Shown piece by piece: positions 38,338 through 48,962 of a stretch of DNA of 64,000 bases (positions are counted from its first letter, which is position 1; each line of letters begins with the position of its first letter). The DNA is taken from contig JAVYWK010000004.1 of NCBI GenBank assembly GCA_038727095.1, forward strand, positions 23,802 to 87,801, read 5' to 3'. Made by a program: the position numbers and the translations under genes. Source of the DNA: Thermofilaceae archaeon (GTDB taxonomy: Archaea; Thermoproteota; Thermoprotei; Thermofilales; Thermofilaceae). Below the pieces are notes generated by a model that was not told where the DNA came from, ran no database searches, and was given only the letters and a program-made list of their open reading frames with translations.

Positions 38338-39250
38338 CCCTGATCACGCTCTCCGGCTCGACACCCTTCACCCACTGCTCCGCCCTGAGGACGAGCCGGT
38401 GGGCTAGAGCTTCGACGGCAAGCTCCTTCACGTCATCGGGGATCACGTAGTCCCTACCCGCCACCGCAGCCCTCGCCCGCGCCAGCTTCATCAGGATCTC
38501 AGCGCCCCTCGGGCTCACGCCCACCTCCACGCGGGGGTGCTGCCTCGTAGCCCTCACGATCGCCACGATGTAGCTGAGGATGGACTCGTCAACGTGCACC
38601 CTCTCAACCGCCCGCTGCATCTCAACCACCTCCTCCCTTGTAGCGACCACTTCGACGCGCACCTCGTCGCTCCCCCTCCTGATCCTCCTCCGCAGGATCT
38701 CCACCTCCTCGCTCTCATCGGGGTAGCCGACTCGCAGCCTCATCGCGAACCTGTCCAGCTGCGCCTCCGGGAGGGGGTAGACGCCTTCGAACTCAATCGG
38801 GTTCTGCGTCGCAATGACGAGGAAGGGCTCCTCCAGCCTGTACGTCACGCCGTCGAGAGTCACCTGCCGCTCCTGCATTGCTTCGAGGAGCGCGCTCTGA
38901 GTCTTCGGCGGAGCCCTGTTGATCTCGTCGGCCAGCAGGATGTTGGTGAAAATGGGGCCCCTCCTCAGCTCGAAATCGCCGGTCCTCTGGTTGTAAACGT
39001 AGCTGCCCGTGATATCCGCGGGCAGGAGGTCGGGGGTGAACTGGACGCGCTTGAATTGGAGCCCCAGCGACTGCGCCAGCGTCTTCGCCATCAAAGTCTT
39101 AGCGAGACCAGGGTAATCCTCGATCAAAACGTGACCCCTAGCGAGCAGAGCCACAAGGAGCTTCTCGACTACCACCTTCTTGCCCACAATTACTTTGCCA
39201 ACCTCACCTAAAACTCTCACACAGATTTCGCCAATCTCCCGTACTTCCAT
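38300..39250 (-). CDS. moxR: MoxR-family AAA+ ATPase
   Basis: 'GHVLIEDYPGLAKT', 'RVQFTPDLLPADITG', 'LADEINRAPPKTQSALLEAM', 'ATQNPIE', 'LPEAQLDRF'. Confidence 0.95.
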   Translation of the reverse strand: MEVREIGEICVRVLGEVGKVIVGKKVVVEKLLVALLARGHVLIEDYPGLAKTLMAKTLAQSLGLQFKRVQFTPDLLPADITGSYVYNQRTGDFELRRGPIFTNILLADEINRAPPKTQSALLEAMQERQVTLDGVTYRLEEPFLVIATQNPIEFEGVYPLPEAQLDRFAMRLRVGYPDESEEVEILRRRIRRGSDEVRVEVVATREEVVEMQRAVERVHVDESILSYIVAIVRATRQHPRVEVGVSPRGAEILMKLARARAAVAGRDYVIPDDVKELAVEALAHRLVLRAEQWVKGVEPESVIRDVLNAVPVPKGL

Positions 39251-39600
39251 CCCGTCGCCCTGTAATAGAGCTTTTTAAAACATTCAGCAACCCTAAATGC
39301 AAGCGGCAGGGGTCGTTAAGCTGACATTCTTTCTTAGAATCTAACGCTAACATCTAAAAACTAACATTTAACTAAGTTTTACTAATCTATGACAACTAAC
39401 ATTATCCTTTTTATAAATAGATACCAAACCTAACAAGTATGTTATACATCTAACACGTACAGTATTTTTAACCAATTGTTTCCTTTACTTAGTCTTTACT
39501 TTAAAAGTAAAAGTTTACATTGAAAATTAGAGTAGAATAGCTGTCCATCAGCATAGAAAATTGAATTTCAAGTAGATATTTTGTCACCATATCATCCTAA

Positions 39601-40168
39601 TCAATCCACGTAAGTTTTACAATTTAAACAATACTGTCGATTAATTAAACGTAAAATGACAACCTGTGCTCCACATTTTGGGCAAATCGAACGATTAGAC
39701 GCGGTACGTGCCAGACTGGAAGACTGCAACGCCACTGGCATCGAAACGGAAGGTGCCTTCGGAGGCCCGCTTAGAAGTAAAGAGTAGCTCGCGTGGAGCT
39801 CCTCGTCCAGCATGCGAAAAGAAAACGGACCAACTCTCCAGAAGCCTGCGAAAGTCAGCGAACCTTTCGACAGATAGGGAATCGGATCGTGCTATAGCAA
39901 GCCTATAAATAGCGATCAACTTGTCGATTTCAGCTTGAAATTCATCCATTGAAATCGTACTTCTTCTAGCTAAGCTTAACCGCCACTCATTCAGCATTCG
40001 CGCAAAGATATGGAGGGTTCCCCTGCTAGCGTTAGCGGTTGAGTACTTGGCAATAAACCAGTTAAATTGCGTGTTAAACAGCTTGGAAACGATACGATGA
40101 GTATCGACTACGTTGGAACTCTCAGTTCTCTCAGGCATGGTGGAATCCATCGTACAGCATAGATCCAT
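39601..40168 (-). pseudogene. Helical protein with C-terminal Zn ribbon, split by a 1-nt frameshift
   Basis: Removing one A from the A4 run at 39817-39820 joins the two ORFs (..WSVFF-RMLDEELH..), ending CPKCG-x12-YCLNCKTYVD. Confidence 0.6.
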
Positions 40169-40942
40169 TAGTTCGTAATTAAGATTACTCTGTAATTAAG
40201 ATTGCAATACATATGATAGCTAAATACATCGAGGCTAAATTCCCAAGAGTTATTTAGCAGATTTTGCTGGTTTCCTTCACAGTCTTTAAGGCAATAAGCA
40301 GGTAACATCCCGAACTAAATCAGAGATTGGTGCTCCGAGTATATTGCCGCTAGCTGACTCCGATTCTACTCTTCGTCAAGTATGCGAAAATGATGTTGTT
40401 GTATGGAATTGCGAGCTTTTCATCCCATTTCCCGCTGAAATAAACTCATGTTTTTATGATCATTTCCATGACCTTACCCTAGAAACTTTCGACGTGTATC
40501 ATCTTAAACAGACACCGATGGAACTTGAAGGACTTAAGTAGATTATCCAATAGGCGCGATCAAACCTCCTCCAACTGTGGAAAAGTACTCGCACCGGTTG
40601 TAATCATTGTTCAGCTTATTGCGGTCTCGCGACTATGCGTGGAGCGGCGAAGTTTTCTCATTGATCTATAGTTAAGTACCGTTGCTCTCTCTTAGCCTGG
40701 CCAGATATGGAGAATCACTGCACGGTAGCTAACACAGCATTTGAATCACAACATTACGCTATCAGGGCATCGAATTAGTGATTCGAACGTAAACCTGATC
40801 AAATGTATAACATGCATTAGGAGTAGGCATAGAGAACATATTGTCGCTAATGCTATAGGGGAGATCTTTCAAGGGTATTTTCGCAGAAATATAGTGGCCT
40901 GCTAGTGTAGCGAGCCTTATATAGGGGTGAACCAGTGAAGTT

Positions 40943-42193
40943 ATGATGTCTCACCAGCTTCTTTACAGTGCTTTAGGTGCATTCTCGCCACGTGACGAGT
41001 TTGCAGTGACAGCTAGAATCGACTTCCTGCACGAGCTGAGCAACTTTAGGGTTCGCTTTCTAGGAGTCGGCGATCTCGGTGGGATGTGGAACTTATACGC
41101 TTCAACCTTATTCGACAAGACTTTCTCATCCTCTCACGTCACGTCTTACGCGATCCTTATCGGGGATACGATCTACGCTGCTGGAGGTTACTGCTACGCT
41201 ATGCTGAACGGGAAGTGGCGAGAGCTCGCACAGCCTCCTCAATCCCAGCTTAGTATTGCGAGCGGCTGGTTAATTGTTTCAGCAGAGAAACTTGAAACGA
41301 ATGAATTAAGAAAATTCTCGAAATTGATGGTTGAAAACCCAATACCGGAGTTTGCGGCGAGGCTTATAGCGGAGGAAGAGAAAATCCCTGTTGCGTTGGC
41401 AGCAATTAAAAGCAGGATAACGATCGATCGGCTCAGAGGTTTAAGAGCGATGTGGTGTACAACCGACATAGGGATGGTTAGAAGAAATAACGAGGATGGC
41501 GTCTCGTGCATATCCCTCAGGGTATCGGACAGGGGGTTAAGCAGTAGCCACCGTCTTTTAGCAGTCGCAGATGGAGCCGGCGGCCACGGCCATGGAGAAA
41601 TCGCGAGCCTTATTACGCTCCAAGAGGTTATCTACAGGGCTGGGGAGGCTATTCTACTGAAGGGCGGCTTAATAGACTTGGGACAACTACGGGAGATCGT
41701 TCTTCAGGCCAATGAGCGAGTGCTGCTTGCTAGGCAGGAGAGAAGGTCAAACATGGCTACCACGTTAACCATAATGCTGGTTACCAACAGCGACATATAC
41801 ACTGCTCATGTCGGAGATAGCAGAGCCTACTACATAGACCAGAACAACATCGAACAACTTACAGAGGATCATAAGTACATTGAAGAACTTGTAAAGAAGG
41901 GTGTGATAACGAGGCAGCAGGCACGCGTTCATCCGCAGAGAAACATTATAACAAGCGCTCTAGGCATGCCCCAACCCAGAGTAGATGTAATGCACCACCC
42001 GAAAACTTACTCGCCGGGTGCTCGACTCCTCGTCTGCAGCGATGGACTCTCCGATCTCCTCGAAGACTGGGAAATCCATAAAATCGTAACAAGCACGCTC
42101 GCCCCGAACCTCGCTGCCCGTCAGCTCGTAAACGCAGCTAAACAGAGAGGGGGCTACGACAACATATCCGTCGCCTTAGACTTCTTCCTCTAA
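40943..42193 (+). CDS. PP2C/PPM Ser/Thr protein phosphatase with N-terminal extension
   Basis: 'TDIGMVRRNNED', 'VADGAGGH', 'HVGDSRAY', 'LTEDH', 'RNIITSALG', 'CSDGL', 'GGYDNIS'. Confidence 0.95.
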   Translation: MMSHQLLYSALGAFSPRDEFAVTARIDFLHELSNFRVRFLGVGDLGGMWNLYASTLFDKTFSSSHVTSYAILIGDTIYAAGGYCYAMLNGKWRELAQPPQSQLSIASGWLIVSAEKLETNELRKFSKLMVENPIPEFAARLIAEEEKIPVALAAIKSRITIDRLRGLRAMWCTTDIGMVRRNNEDGVSCISLRVSDRGLSSSHRLLAVADGAGGHGHGEIASLITLQEVIYRAGEAILLKGGLIDLGQLREIVLQANERVLLARQERRSNMATTLTIMLVTNSDIYTAHVGDSRAYYIDQNNIEQLTEDHKYIEELVKKGVITRQQARVHPQRNIITSALGMPQPRVDVMHHPKTYSPGARLLVCSDGLSDLLEDWEIHKIVTSTLAPNLAARQLVNAAKQRGGYDNISVALDFFL

Positions 42194-42632
42194 ATACACT
42201 CAAGAAGCCCAAATTTTTCGATGAAGTGTAGAATAACAGCCGAAGACTACTGATTTGAAGAAATACCCATCGAGCTCCAGGGCAAAAGCATACCTTTCGC
42301 AACCAGGCGAGCTCTCTAATGCTCGCTCAAAGTAGAACAGGTTGTATCCAGAGCCTCTACGTACTTATAACCTGAACCACCCTAATGCTAACTGGGGAAT
42401 ATGCGATGCTAGTTCCGAGATAAAATCTCGATCTCATGCAACAGTCTCAATGAAATTGATCCACAACTCTATTAATCTAAACCGACAAATCCCTTCAAAG
42501 GAAAATAGTTATTATTAACCTTTGCCTTCAGAATCCTAACGCTAAAACAGTCTACTTACTCTTTAAAACCCATGCTAGCTGCATTTGAACCTTAAGATAA
42601 AGCATATTAGCATGCCAAAATGATCACTCGAT

Positions 42633-44261
42633 GTGATACATGTGCAAAAATGCTTTGCATTACAAGCTGTGCTAACCCTTACGCTTTTAACTACTTTACT
42701 GCTCGGCTCCCATTTTGCAGCGGGTCAACCACAACGGATGCAGGTAAGGATTAATCAGAGCGAAACGGACAGGATAAGTTTAACTAATGCCACTCTTCTA
42801 ATAGAAGTCAACATCGACTTGACAGGCGTCACGATAAGAAATCAAGTAGATGATATAAAGTTAATAGTTTCGATTCCCAAAATCCTTGAAAATAAAATAG
42901 CTATAAAAGATTTCTCTCTTACACAAAGAGATGGTAATATTATTTTCGAGAAGATCGTGAGTAATGTCAATATAACTGAGCGAGAAATATTTCAGGATAG
43001 GTTTTTAATTAATTTTACGAATATAGATTGCGAAATAATATCAAAAATTTTATCAGCAAAATATAACGTAACAATACGTGTTGAACTAGTAAGAAATGAG
43101 AAACCTATTAGTGAAACAAACATTAGACTTGAAATAGAACCTGAAAAAGCATGGCAAGTATGCTTCCAGAAATTCCTAAGCTTGGAAGATGCTGCCTGTA
43201 GATGGGTTAATGGAAATCTAAATTTATCTTTAACAATTTCCTTTAGTACTAGTAGTAGACCTCCGGACAGCTTGACAATCAACGTTACGAAATACAGTAT
43301 TGAAGGCTGCATACCCCAACCATTATGTGTTGTTGAGGAAGGTAGGGCAGTCATTAATGTTACTAACATCTCTAACAATAAGTTTAATTTGACTATAATA
43401 TTTTCGCAGAATGATTCACTAAAAATTCTAAAAGATGAAAAACTTATGGTTCTAATAAAGCTATATCAGAAAGAAATTAGTAAATCTCTTGAGCCAGAGA
43501 TATCCATCGAGAAACTAAGTTTCGATAAAAGTATGCTTATTCTCCATTTACGGAACAATGGTAGCCTACCTTTTAATACCTCAGAACGTATTCTTTTTGA
43601 TCACGAGAATATTCAAATCACAGAATTAGAATCGGAAGAAATTGTAAATCCTAATAGATCTATAGAGCTAAAGTATAATATTACAGTTAAAAGCAGCAAA
43701 AACTTAGAAAATATTTTAAAAATAGAATATAATCTCAGTAAAAATAAATATAGAGAAATTGTTTTCAATATCAACCTTAGCATATTAAAAGCGCATTTTA
43801 TACAGAGTAATGAATTAGAAATAACCATAAGGATTGATACTAGTAATTCTAGTTTACATTTAAATATACTGAAAGAGTATCCGCTAAATGTTAGCATTAA
43901 AGGATTAAGTATACTAAATTGCAGTTCAAGCGAATTGCTCTGCGAGGGGAGAAATGACTATGCAATAGCTTATGGAAATATAACATTACCTAAAGATATA
44001 ACTCTGAGACTATCGGTTAAAGATAATGGCGGTCCTGAAAACCGCAACGTCACTATTATTCTCAGCGAAAACCTTCAATCACATACTACGGTGAAGGTAT
44101 ACGAACAGAGGCGCGACATGCTGCCGTTTTTGAGTTTAGCTATCGTGATTGTTGTAGTCGTACTTATATCGGTGGTTCTATTGTCGAGGAAGCGTGTAAG
44201 CAGGGCACCCGCTGAAGTGTACGTGGAAGAAGTTGAGGAGCCCTTTTTCGACTTAGGATAG
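42633..44261 (+). CDS. Membrane-anchored surface glycoprotein
   Basis: Signal peptide, many N-x-S/T sequons, C-terminal TM, then RKR and an acidic tail; the core is very AT-rich. Confidence 0.75.
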   Translation: MIHVQKCFALQAVLTLTLLTTLLLGSHFAAGQPQRMQVRINQSETDRISLTNATLLIEVNIDLTGVTIRNQVDDIKLIVSIPKILENKIAIKDFSLTQRDGNIIFEKIVSNVNITEREIFQDRFLINFTNIDCEIISKILSAKYNVTIRVELVRNEKPISETNIRLEIEPEKAWQVCFQKFLSLEDAACRWVNGNLNLSLTISFSTSSRPPDSLTINVTKYSIEGCIPQPLCVVEEGRAVINVTNISNNKFNLTIIFSQNDSLKILKDEKLMVLIKLYQKEISKSLEPEISIEKLSFDKSMLILHLRNNGSLPFNTSERILFDHENIQITELESEEIVNPNRSIELKYNITVKSSKNLENILKIEYNLSKNKYREIVFNINLSILKAHFIQSNELEITIRIDTSNSSLHLNILKEYPLNVSIKGLSILNCSSSELLCEGRNDYAIAYGNITLPKDITLRLSVKDNGGPENRNVTIILSENLQSHTTVKVYEQRRDMLPFLSLAIVIVVVVLISVVLLSRKRVSRAPAEVYVEEVEEPFFDLG

Positions 44262-44704
44262 GAACTATAGGTAGCGAGCTAAAGAATAAGTGGAAAAGGG
44301 TTAACTATTACTGTAGGGGCCCCTTAATACGATCTCGCTGATCTGCTTAACTTCTGGGAAAGGAGACGTAGAAGTCTGAGGAAATACTTCATTGACTAGA
44401 TTTAACCCCTTAGTTTTAAAAGGTTGTTACCGCTTAGGTATGGGCGAGTACAGCTCTTCATGATATGGGGATTACACCTATAGCGGAGAAGGGGGGGATG
44501 ATGGCTAACGCTTCAATAGCCTTGAAGTTGTTTCAATCAGGTAATTTACTGGGTGCCTAGTACAGCTACTCCATCGCCTCATGCTCGTCATTAGCTCGAT
44601 TAAGAGTGCGAAGAAAAGGTTAATGAAAAGCAAAGGCCACTATTTAGAGCTTATACGACATAGATCCTTGATTCCGCGTAAATTTTTTAGGCACTTCCTT
44701 TAAC

Positions 44705-46510
44705 GTGATACTGATGGAATTCTCGTCCAGCAAGATATCCTCATCGTTTTTGCTTTTCCCACTGTTCCGGAAAAAGATTTTTGTAAAATTGTTCAATGTT
44801 ATTATTTTATTACTATTAATGTTGCCTATAAATCGCAGTTCGATGTATGCTCTTGGCATATCAACTAGTAAAATCTTATCTCTTAGAGCTGAAAATCAAA
44901 TTACACTTACTCAAGCTTCTTCGATTTATAATGAAATCTTGTTTATCTCAGAGAAAGTGGCAACAAACGTAATAATAAATGCTGTCCCAGAAAGAGATGG
45001 ATATAAATGGCCCATTCAGTTTAGAAACACGTATTTCAATCCAGGATTTCACTCGGGCGCTGCAGGTGTTGGAACATTTCTCCTCTCGTTGTATGCCGCT
45101 ACGAGGAATACGACTTATCTTAAATACGCGGAGGGGGCAGCTAAATGGATAATCTCCATAGCAAAGAAGAATCCCGATGACTCTGTAACCTGGTGTTCAT
45201 ATGATGATGAAAAATGCTGGTTTTTAACACCAGATAAAGAGGTATCAGGGATCATAAAGTTCTTTCTACGATTACATAATATTACGGGAAATAATATATA
45301 TCTTGATTATGCAGAAAGAGGAGCAAAATGGATAATTAATAGTGCACTAGTAAAGGATCGTATAGGGGTGTACGTTTTATACAATCCGCCGAGACAGGCT
45401 GCTTTTGGAGTTTACAGCTATGTTCAGCGTGATGTTGGAACTTTGATGATAGATCTTTACATCATAACTAAGAATACGAAATATTTGGATACCGCTAAAT
45501 CTATAGGAGAATGGATTCTTTTTACTAGTGAATGTGATCAATACTTATGCAAATGGTACGATGATAGAGGGTATGGGAACATTTACACTATTGAAGGTGC
45601 TTCTCTCATAGCTGACTTTTTATATGAACTATACAAGGTCACAGGCGACCATAAATATATGCAAGTAGCTGAAAAAATCGTTAACTGGATAGAAAGACAA
45701 GGAAAAAGAATTGATAATTATAGAATAAAGTTCCCTAACCATAGAGGTAAGTACTTAACAGTTATAGATGGTTATTGGGATAGACCGTTTTTCCCTATGA
45801 CACCGGCAGATATCTTTGTAAAATCCTACCTGATTACAAAAAATGTTTCTCGCCTCGATATAGCCAAATCGTATGCAAATTGGTTGATCTCGTTATCCAG
45901 CATTGAAGGCGATCAAGCGAGAGTACCCTTCTCAGAAGAACAAAGATTATACCATGCATGGATCAACGCCCGTATATTTAATTTCATTATTCTTCTCTAT
46001 AACCAAACGAAAGAGTTAGTTTATTTAGAGTTCGCATCTAAACTTCTGAACTACATACTAAGTACAGCGGTAGAAGATAGGGGATTCAAGTGGCCCAGAC
46101 TTGATGGAAAAGCCTGGATTACTTTTGGACTGGGAGAAGGTTCGTGCGCTATTGGTTATTATTTGCTATCGTCGTTACCGTCTATGAGCATAGTCTCTCC
46201 CGCCAAGTATAGAGTTGATGTGGATTCTTCACCTAGGTTGGGAAGTGTAGAGGTAAACGGTGTTAGGGTTGGTTTGCCTTATTCGGACTGGTTTAAGGAA
46301 GGAGATACCATAAGCATAGCTGTTCAAAGCGTTATTTTCATTGAATCTTCTCCTAAAACGAGGAGGGCGTACGTATTCTCTGGATGGAATGATGGTACTA
46401 CGACCCCTATTCGATTGATTAAAGTTGATAAGCCGCTAAGCCTCGTAGCTATGTATCAGTTAACAGTTATGCACTTCGTAAATGTATACTGTAAATATGC
46501 AAGAAGCTGA
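44705..46510 (+). CDS. Secreted LanC-like (alpha/alpha toroid) protein; 5' part of a frameshifted surface protein
   Basis: 'GFHSGAAGVGTFLLSLY..T....YL..A...A.WI' repeats, then a beta-repeat like those in 30551-32716. The true start may be downstream of 44705. Confidence 0.75.
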   Translation: MILMEFSSSKISSSFLLFPLFRKKIFVKLFNVIILLLLMLPINRSSMYALGISTSKILSLRAENQITLTQASSIYNEILFISEKVATNVIINAVPERDGYKWPIQFRNTYFNPGFHSGAAGVGTFLLSLYAATRNTTYLKYAEGAAKWIISIAKKNPDDSVTWCSYDDEKCWFLTPDKEVSGIIKFFLRLHNITGNNIYLDYAERGAKWIINSALVKDRIGVYVLYNPPRQAAFGVYSYVQRDVGTLMIDLYIITKNTKYLDTAKSIGEWILFTSECDQYLCKWYDDRGYGNIYTIEGASLIADFLYELYKVTGDHKYMQVAEKIVNWIERQGKRIDNYRIKFPNHRGKYLTVIDGYWDRPFFPMTPADIFVKSYLITKNVSRLDIAKSYANWLISLSSIEGDQARVPFSEEQRLYHAWINARIFNFIILLYNQTKELVYLEFASKLLNYILSTAVEDRGFKWPRLDGKAWITFGLGEGSCAIGYYLLSSLPSMSIVSPAKYRVDVDSSPRLGSVEVNGVRVGLPYSDWFKEGDTISIAVQSVIFIESSPKTRRAYVFSGWNDGTTTPIRLIKVDKPLSLVAMYQLTVMHFVNVYCKYARS

Positions 46511-47036
46511 GAGAAGTGTTACAGGCTCGGGATGGTATAAGGAGGGAGAGAAAGCAAAAGTTTCCGCTGAACCCGTGATACCTGTTAGCGACAATGTCAG
46601 ACTGGTTTTCGTGGAGTGGGCTGGTTTAAGCTCTAAGTCGATTGAAGAGGTGCTAGTTAACTCCCCTAAGGAGTTGAAAGCTATCTACAAGAGACAGTAC
46701 CGCGTGATTGTCATTAAACCAGAGATCACTACGAGCGGCTTAACCGTTAAAACAATAATCTTTGAGGATTACTTAATAGAAAATTCCCTTCTTAGTTCGC
46801 TTCCTGATATTACCGTTGTTCCTCTGATAATAGTCGATAGATTTGTTGGATACGAAGAATCAGGTCGCTTTCTAGGGGAGCACTTGATTGTTGATAGGCC
46901 TCTACGTTTAACAGCGAGGTACCAGAGAGATTACACGGGGTTATTCGCTTTAATCGCACTAAGCGTTGTGCTAGGGTTATCCTTTTCGTATATAGGAAGG
47001 GTCTGCTTAAGAAGGGGGTCTTTGAATCGGCAGTAG
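46482..47036 (+). pseudogene. Frameshifted continuation (beta-repeats plus TM) of the LanC-like surface protein
   Basis: Begins mid-repeat ('VTGSGWYKEG'); ends 'RYQRDYTGL'-TM, parallel to 'RWRTDYTAL'-TM in 30551-32716. Confidence 0.7.
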
Positions 47037-47055
47037 CTGGTTCGAGTGCTGCAAC

Positions 47056-47253
47056 ATGGAAGCGGCTGAAAGTAAGATCAGAGAGTATCGAAATTTCCTA
47101 TTGAAGCTTGAACAATTGCATGAGAAGGGTGGGGTAACGGATGAAGTTTACCAAGAATTAAAGAAAATATATAGTAAAGAACTGGAGAAATACGAAGAAG
47201 AACTAAAGAAAATCAAAGGAAAATTAGATAAGATTAAAATACAGAAGTTTTAA
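47056..47253 (+). CDS. CdvA/SHOCT-like coiled coil, probably the detached tail of the upstream gene
   Basis: 'LLKLEQLHEKGGVTDEVYQELKKIYSKELEKYE', similar to the tail of 30551-32716. Confidence 0.65.
   Translation: MEAAESKIREYRNFLLKLEQLHEKGGVTDEVYQELKKIYSKELEKYEEELKKIKGKLDKIKIQKF
47101..47197 (+). repeat. 97-bp perfect inverted repeat, arm 1
   Basis: Exact reverse complement of 48314-48410. Confidence 0.95.
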
Positions 47254-47960
47254 TTGTTGCTTGCCGTAATTTCTATCAAGCCTTATTTCCTGAAGTAGGA
47301 GCAGTTCCCGGTTTATAGCCCTTACTAATTACTTAACTCTACAGACAGTACGGCTTGAAGTTGCTTATAAGTTAAAAACTCTAATTCAATCTTTTTCGTA
47401 ATCTTCAATGGCGTAAGAATTCGAACTGTTAAGTTTCACGCAAAAACAGTAGTTAATATTTTCGACAAGCCATGATTTCCTACATGCTTAATTGCCATAA
47501 GAACATTGAGGTGTACTTTCGATCGACATCTCTTATTTGAGGGATGCAGTAGGCGTGTTCCGCTCTTTCAATCAACGTACGCGAAAACGAATGTGGCTTC
47601 GCTTAGATCGGAGTGTTAAACCTGCTCCCATTTTAAGCGTTTCTGACTAAGGGTTGGTTTAGTATTATATATTCGCTTTGTGATGCAAACCACAGTGAAG
47701 TCGATAAGCCTTTTAAGTTTAGAATACGTTAGCAGTGTGGTGCGCGGTTATCTACTTATTACAAATTCTAGCAGTCCTAACCCTATCAAATACCAATTTC
47801 TAGCGAAGCTTCACTAAATATGAAATAAAAAATTATATTCAATATTCTATAATATAATGATAACTGATGGTATTTAATGAAAACAGTTTTGCTTAATACA
47901 TATTTAAAAAGAGGGACTATAAAATATTTATCATTAACATTTTATCGGAAAATAATTTAC

Positions 47961-48464
47961 TTATTTTGAGCCTGAATAGTAACCTGCTATTATCGATATT
48001 ATCGATACTATAAGTATGATTAGAGAAAGTATTGGATTCGATACAATAAATAATACTATAACCGTGATTAGGTAAAGCATTGGAATGCCAAGTACTATGG
48101 AAAAAAGTATGGTAAAAAGGATGAGAAGTATGTTTTTGTCCTTTATCCGATCTGAGTCACTTCTTTTTATTACTTTCGTTTTGCGAGGAGGTGAATACAC
48201 CTTAGTTCCCAGTACAGGCTCTGGTAATGCTGACGCTTGTAAGCCCTGTGTCACCCTTACAACTCGTGTTTGTTCCCCTCCTTCAAGCCTCTTCTTTAAC
48301 TCATCAAGTGCGACTTCGTATTTCTCCAGTTCTTTACTATATATTTTCTTTAATTCTTGGTAAACTTCATCCGTTACCCCACCCTTCTCATGCAATTGTT
48401 CAAGCTTCAACAAGTATTCTTTCAGCTCTCTAATTTTAGCCTCCAATGCCTCTATCTCGCTCAC
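47961..48464 (-). CDS. CdvA/SHOCT-like coiled coil, Thr-motif linker, two C-terminal TM helices
   Basis: Same 32-aa coil as 47056-47253; 'EQTRVV', 'GTKVY', 'KTKVI'; hydrophobic C-terminus; GGGGTGA site upstream. Confidence 0.8.
   Translation of the reverse strand: MSEIEALEAKIRELKEYLLKLEQLHEKGGVTDEVYQELKKIYSKELEKYEVALDELKKRLEGGEQTRVVRVTQGLQASALPEPVLGTKVYSPPRKTKVIKRSDSDRIKDKNILLILFTILFSIVLGIPMLYLITVIVLFIVSNPILSLIILIVSIISIIAGYYSGSK
48314..48410 (-). repeat. 97-bp perfect inverted repeat, arm 2
   Basis: Exact reverse complement of 47101-47197. Confidence 0.95.
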
Positions 48465-48962
48465 AGCTCACCCCCTCTAGAAGTCATTGTTGCTTGCCTC
48501 CCAGCTTGAATTAATTTAATAACCATCAAGGTATCACCACTGGATCCTGAAATATTTAAATAAAATACTATATAAGAATTTTGGTACGAATATCGCTATT
48601 AATTGCGCAAGCGAAATACCATATGAGCATCGGTGGTATATGCTGTTTCGAGCTACTTGATCTTCGGCTGTCAGAAATAAACTAGAAATAAGTTATAGCA
48701 TCTTTTAGGGGATAAGTTTGGTAATGAAAATTATTAGTAGACATTTTCGTATAGAAACTTTATAGATTAACAGAAGATTAGGCTAGAAGCTTAAGTCCAT
48801 GAGAGTTTCTTTAACTCTTCGGCTTGGCTTGAAGAATATATACGCGAGAGAAGGATGCCGGGAAAATAGGTGAAGGGAATCATGCAGGTGTGAGGATATG
48901 GACGTATTTATTCAGGCTGTTATCCCTTTCGGTGTTAACAATTCTAAAAAAAGAGTGAATGG

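Noticed and set aside
40170-40900. Coding region upstream of the Zn-ribbon gene, including ORF 40344-40541
   Set aside because: Multiple stops and no recognisable motif; possibly decayed sequence, but it cannot be supported.
44705-46510. Lanthipeptide biosynthesis cluster
   Set aside because: No LanB/LanM dehydratase or precursor peptide; zinc ligands are not intact; the protein appears secreted.
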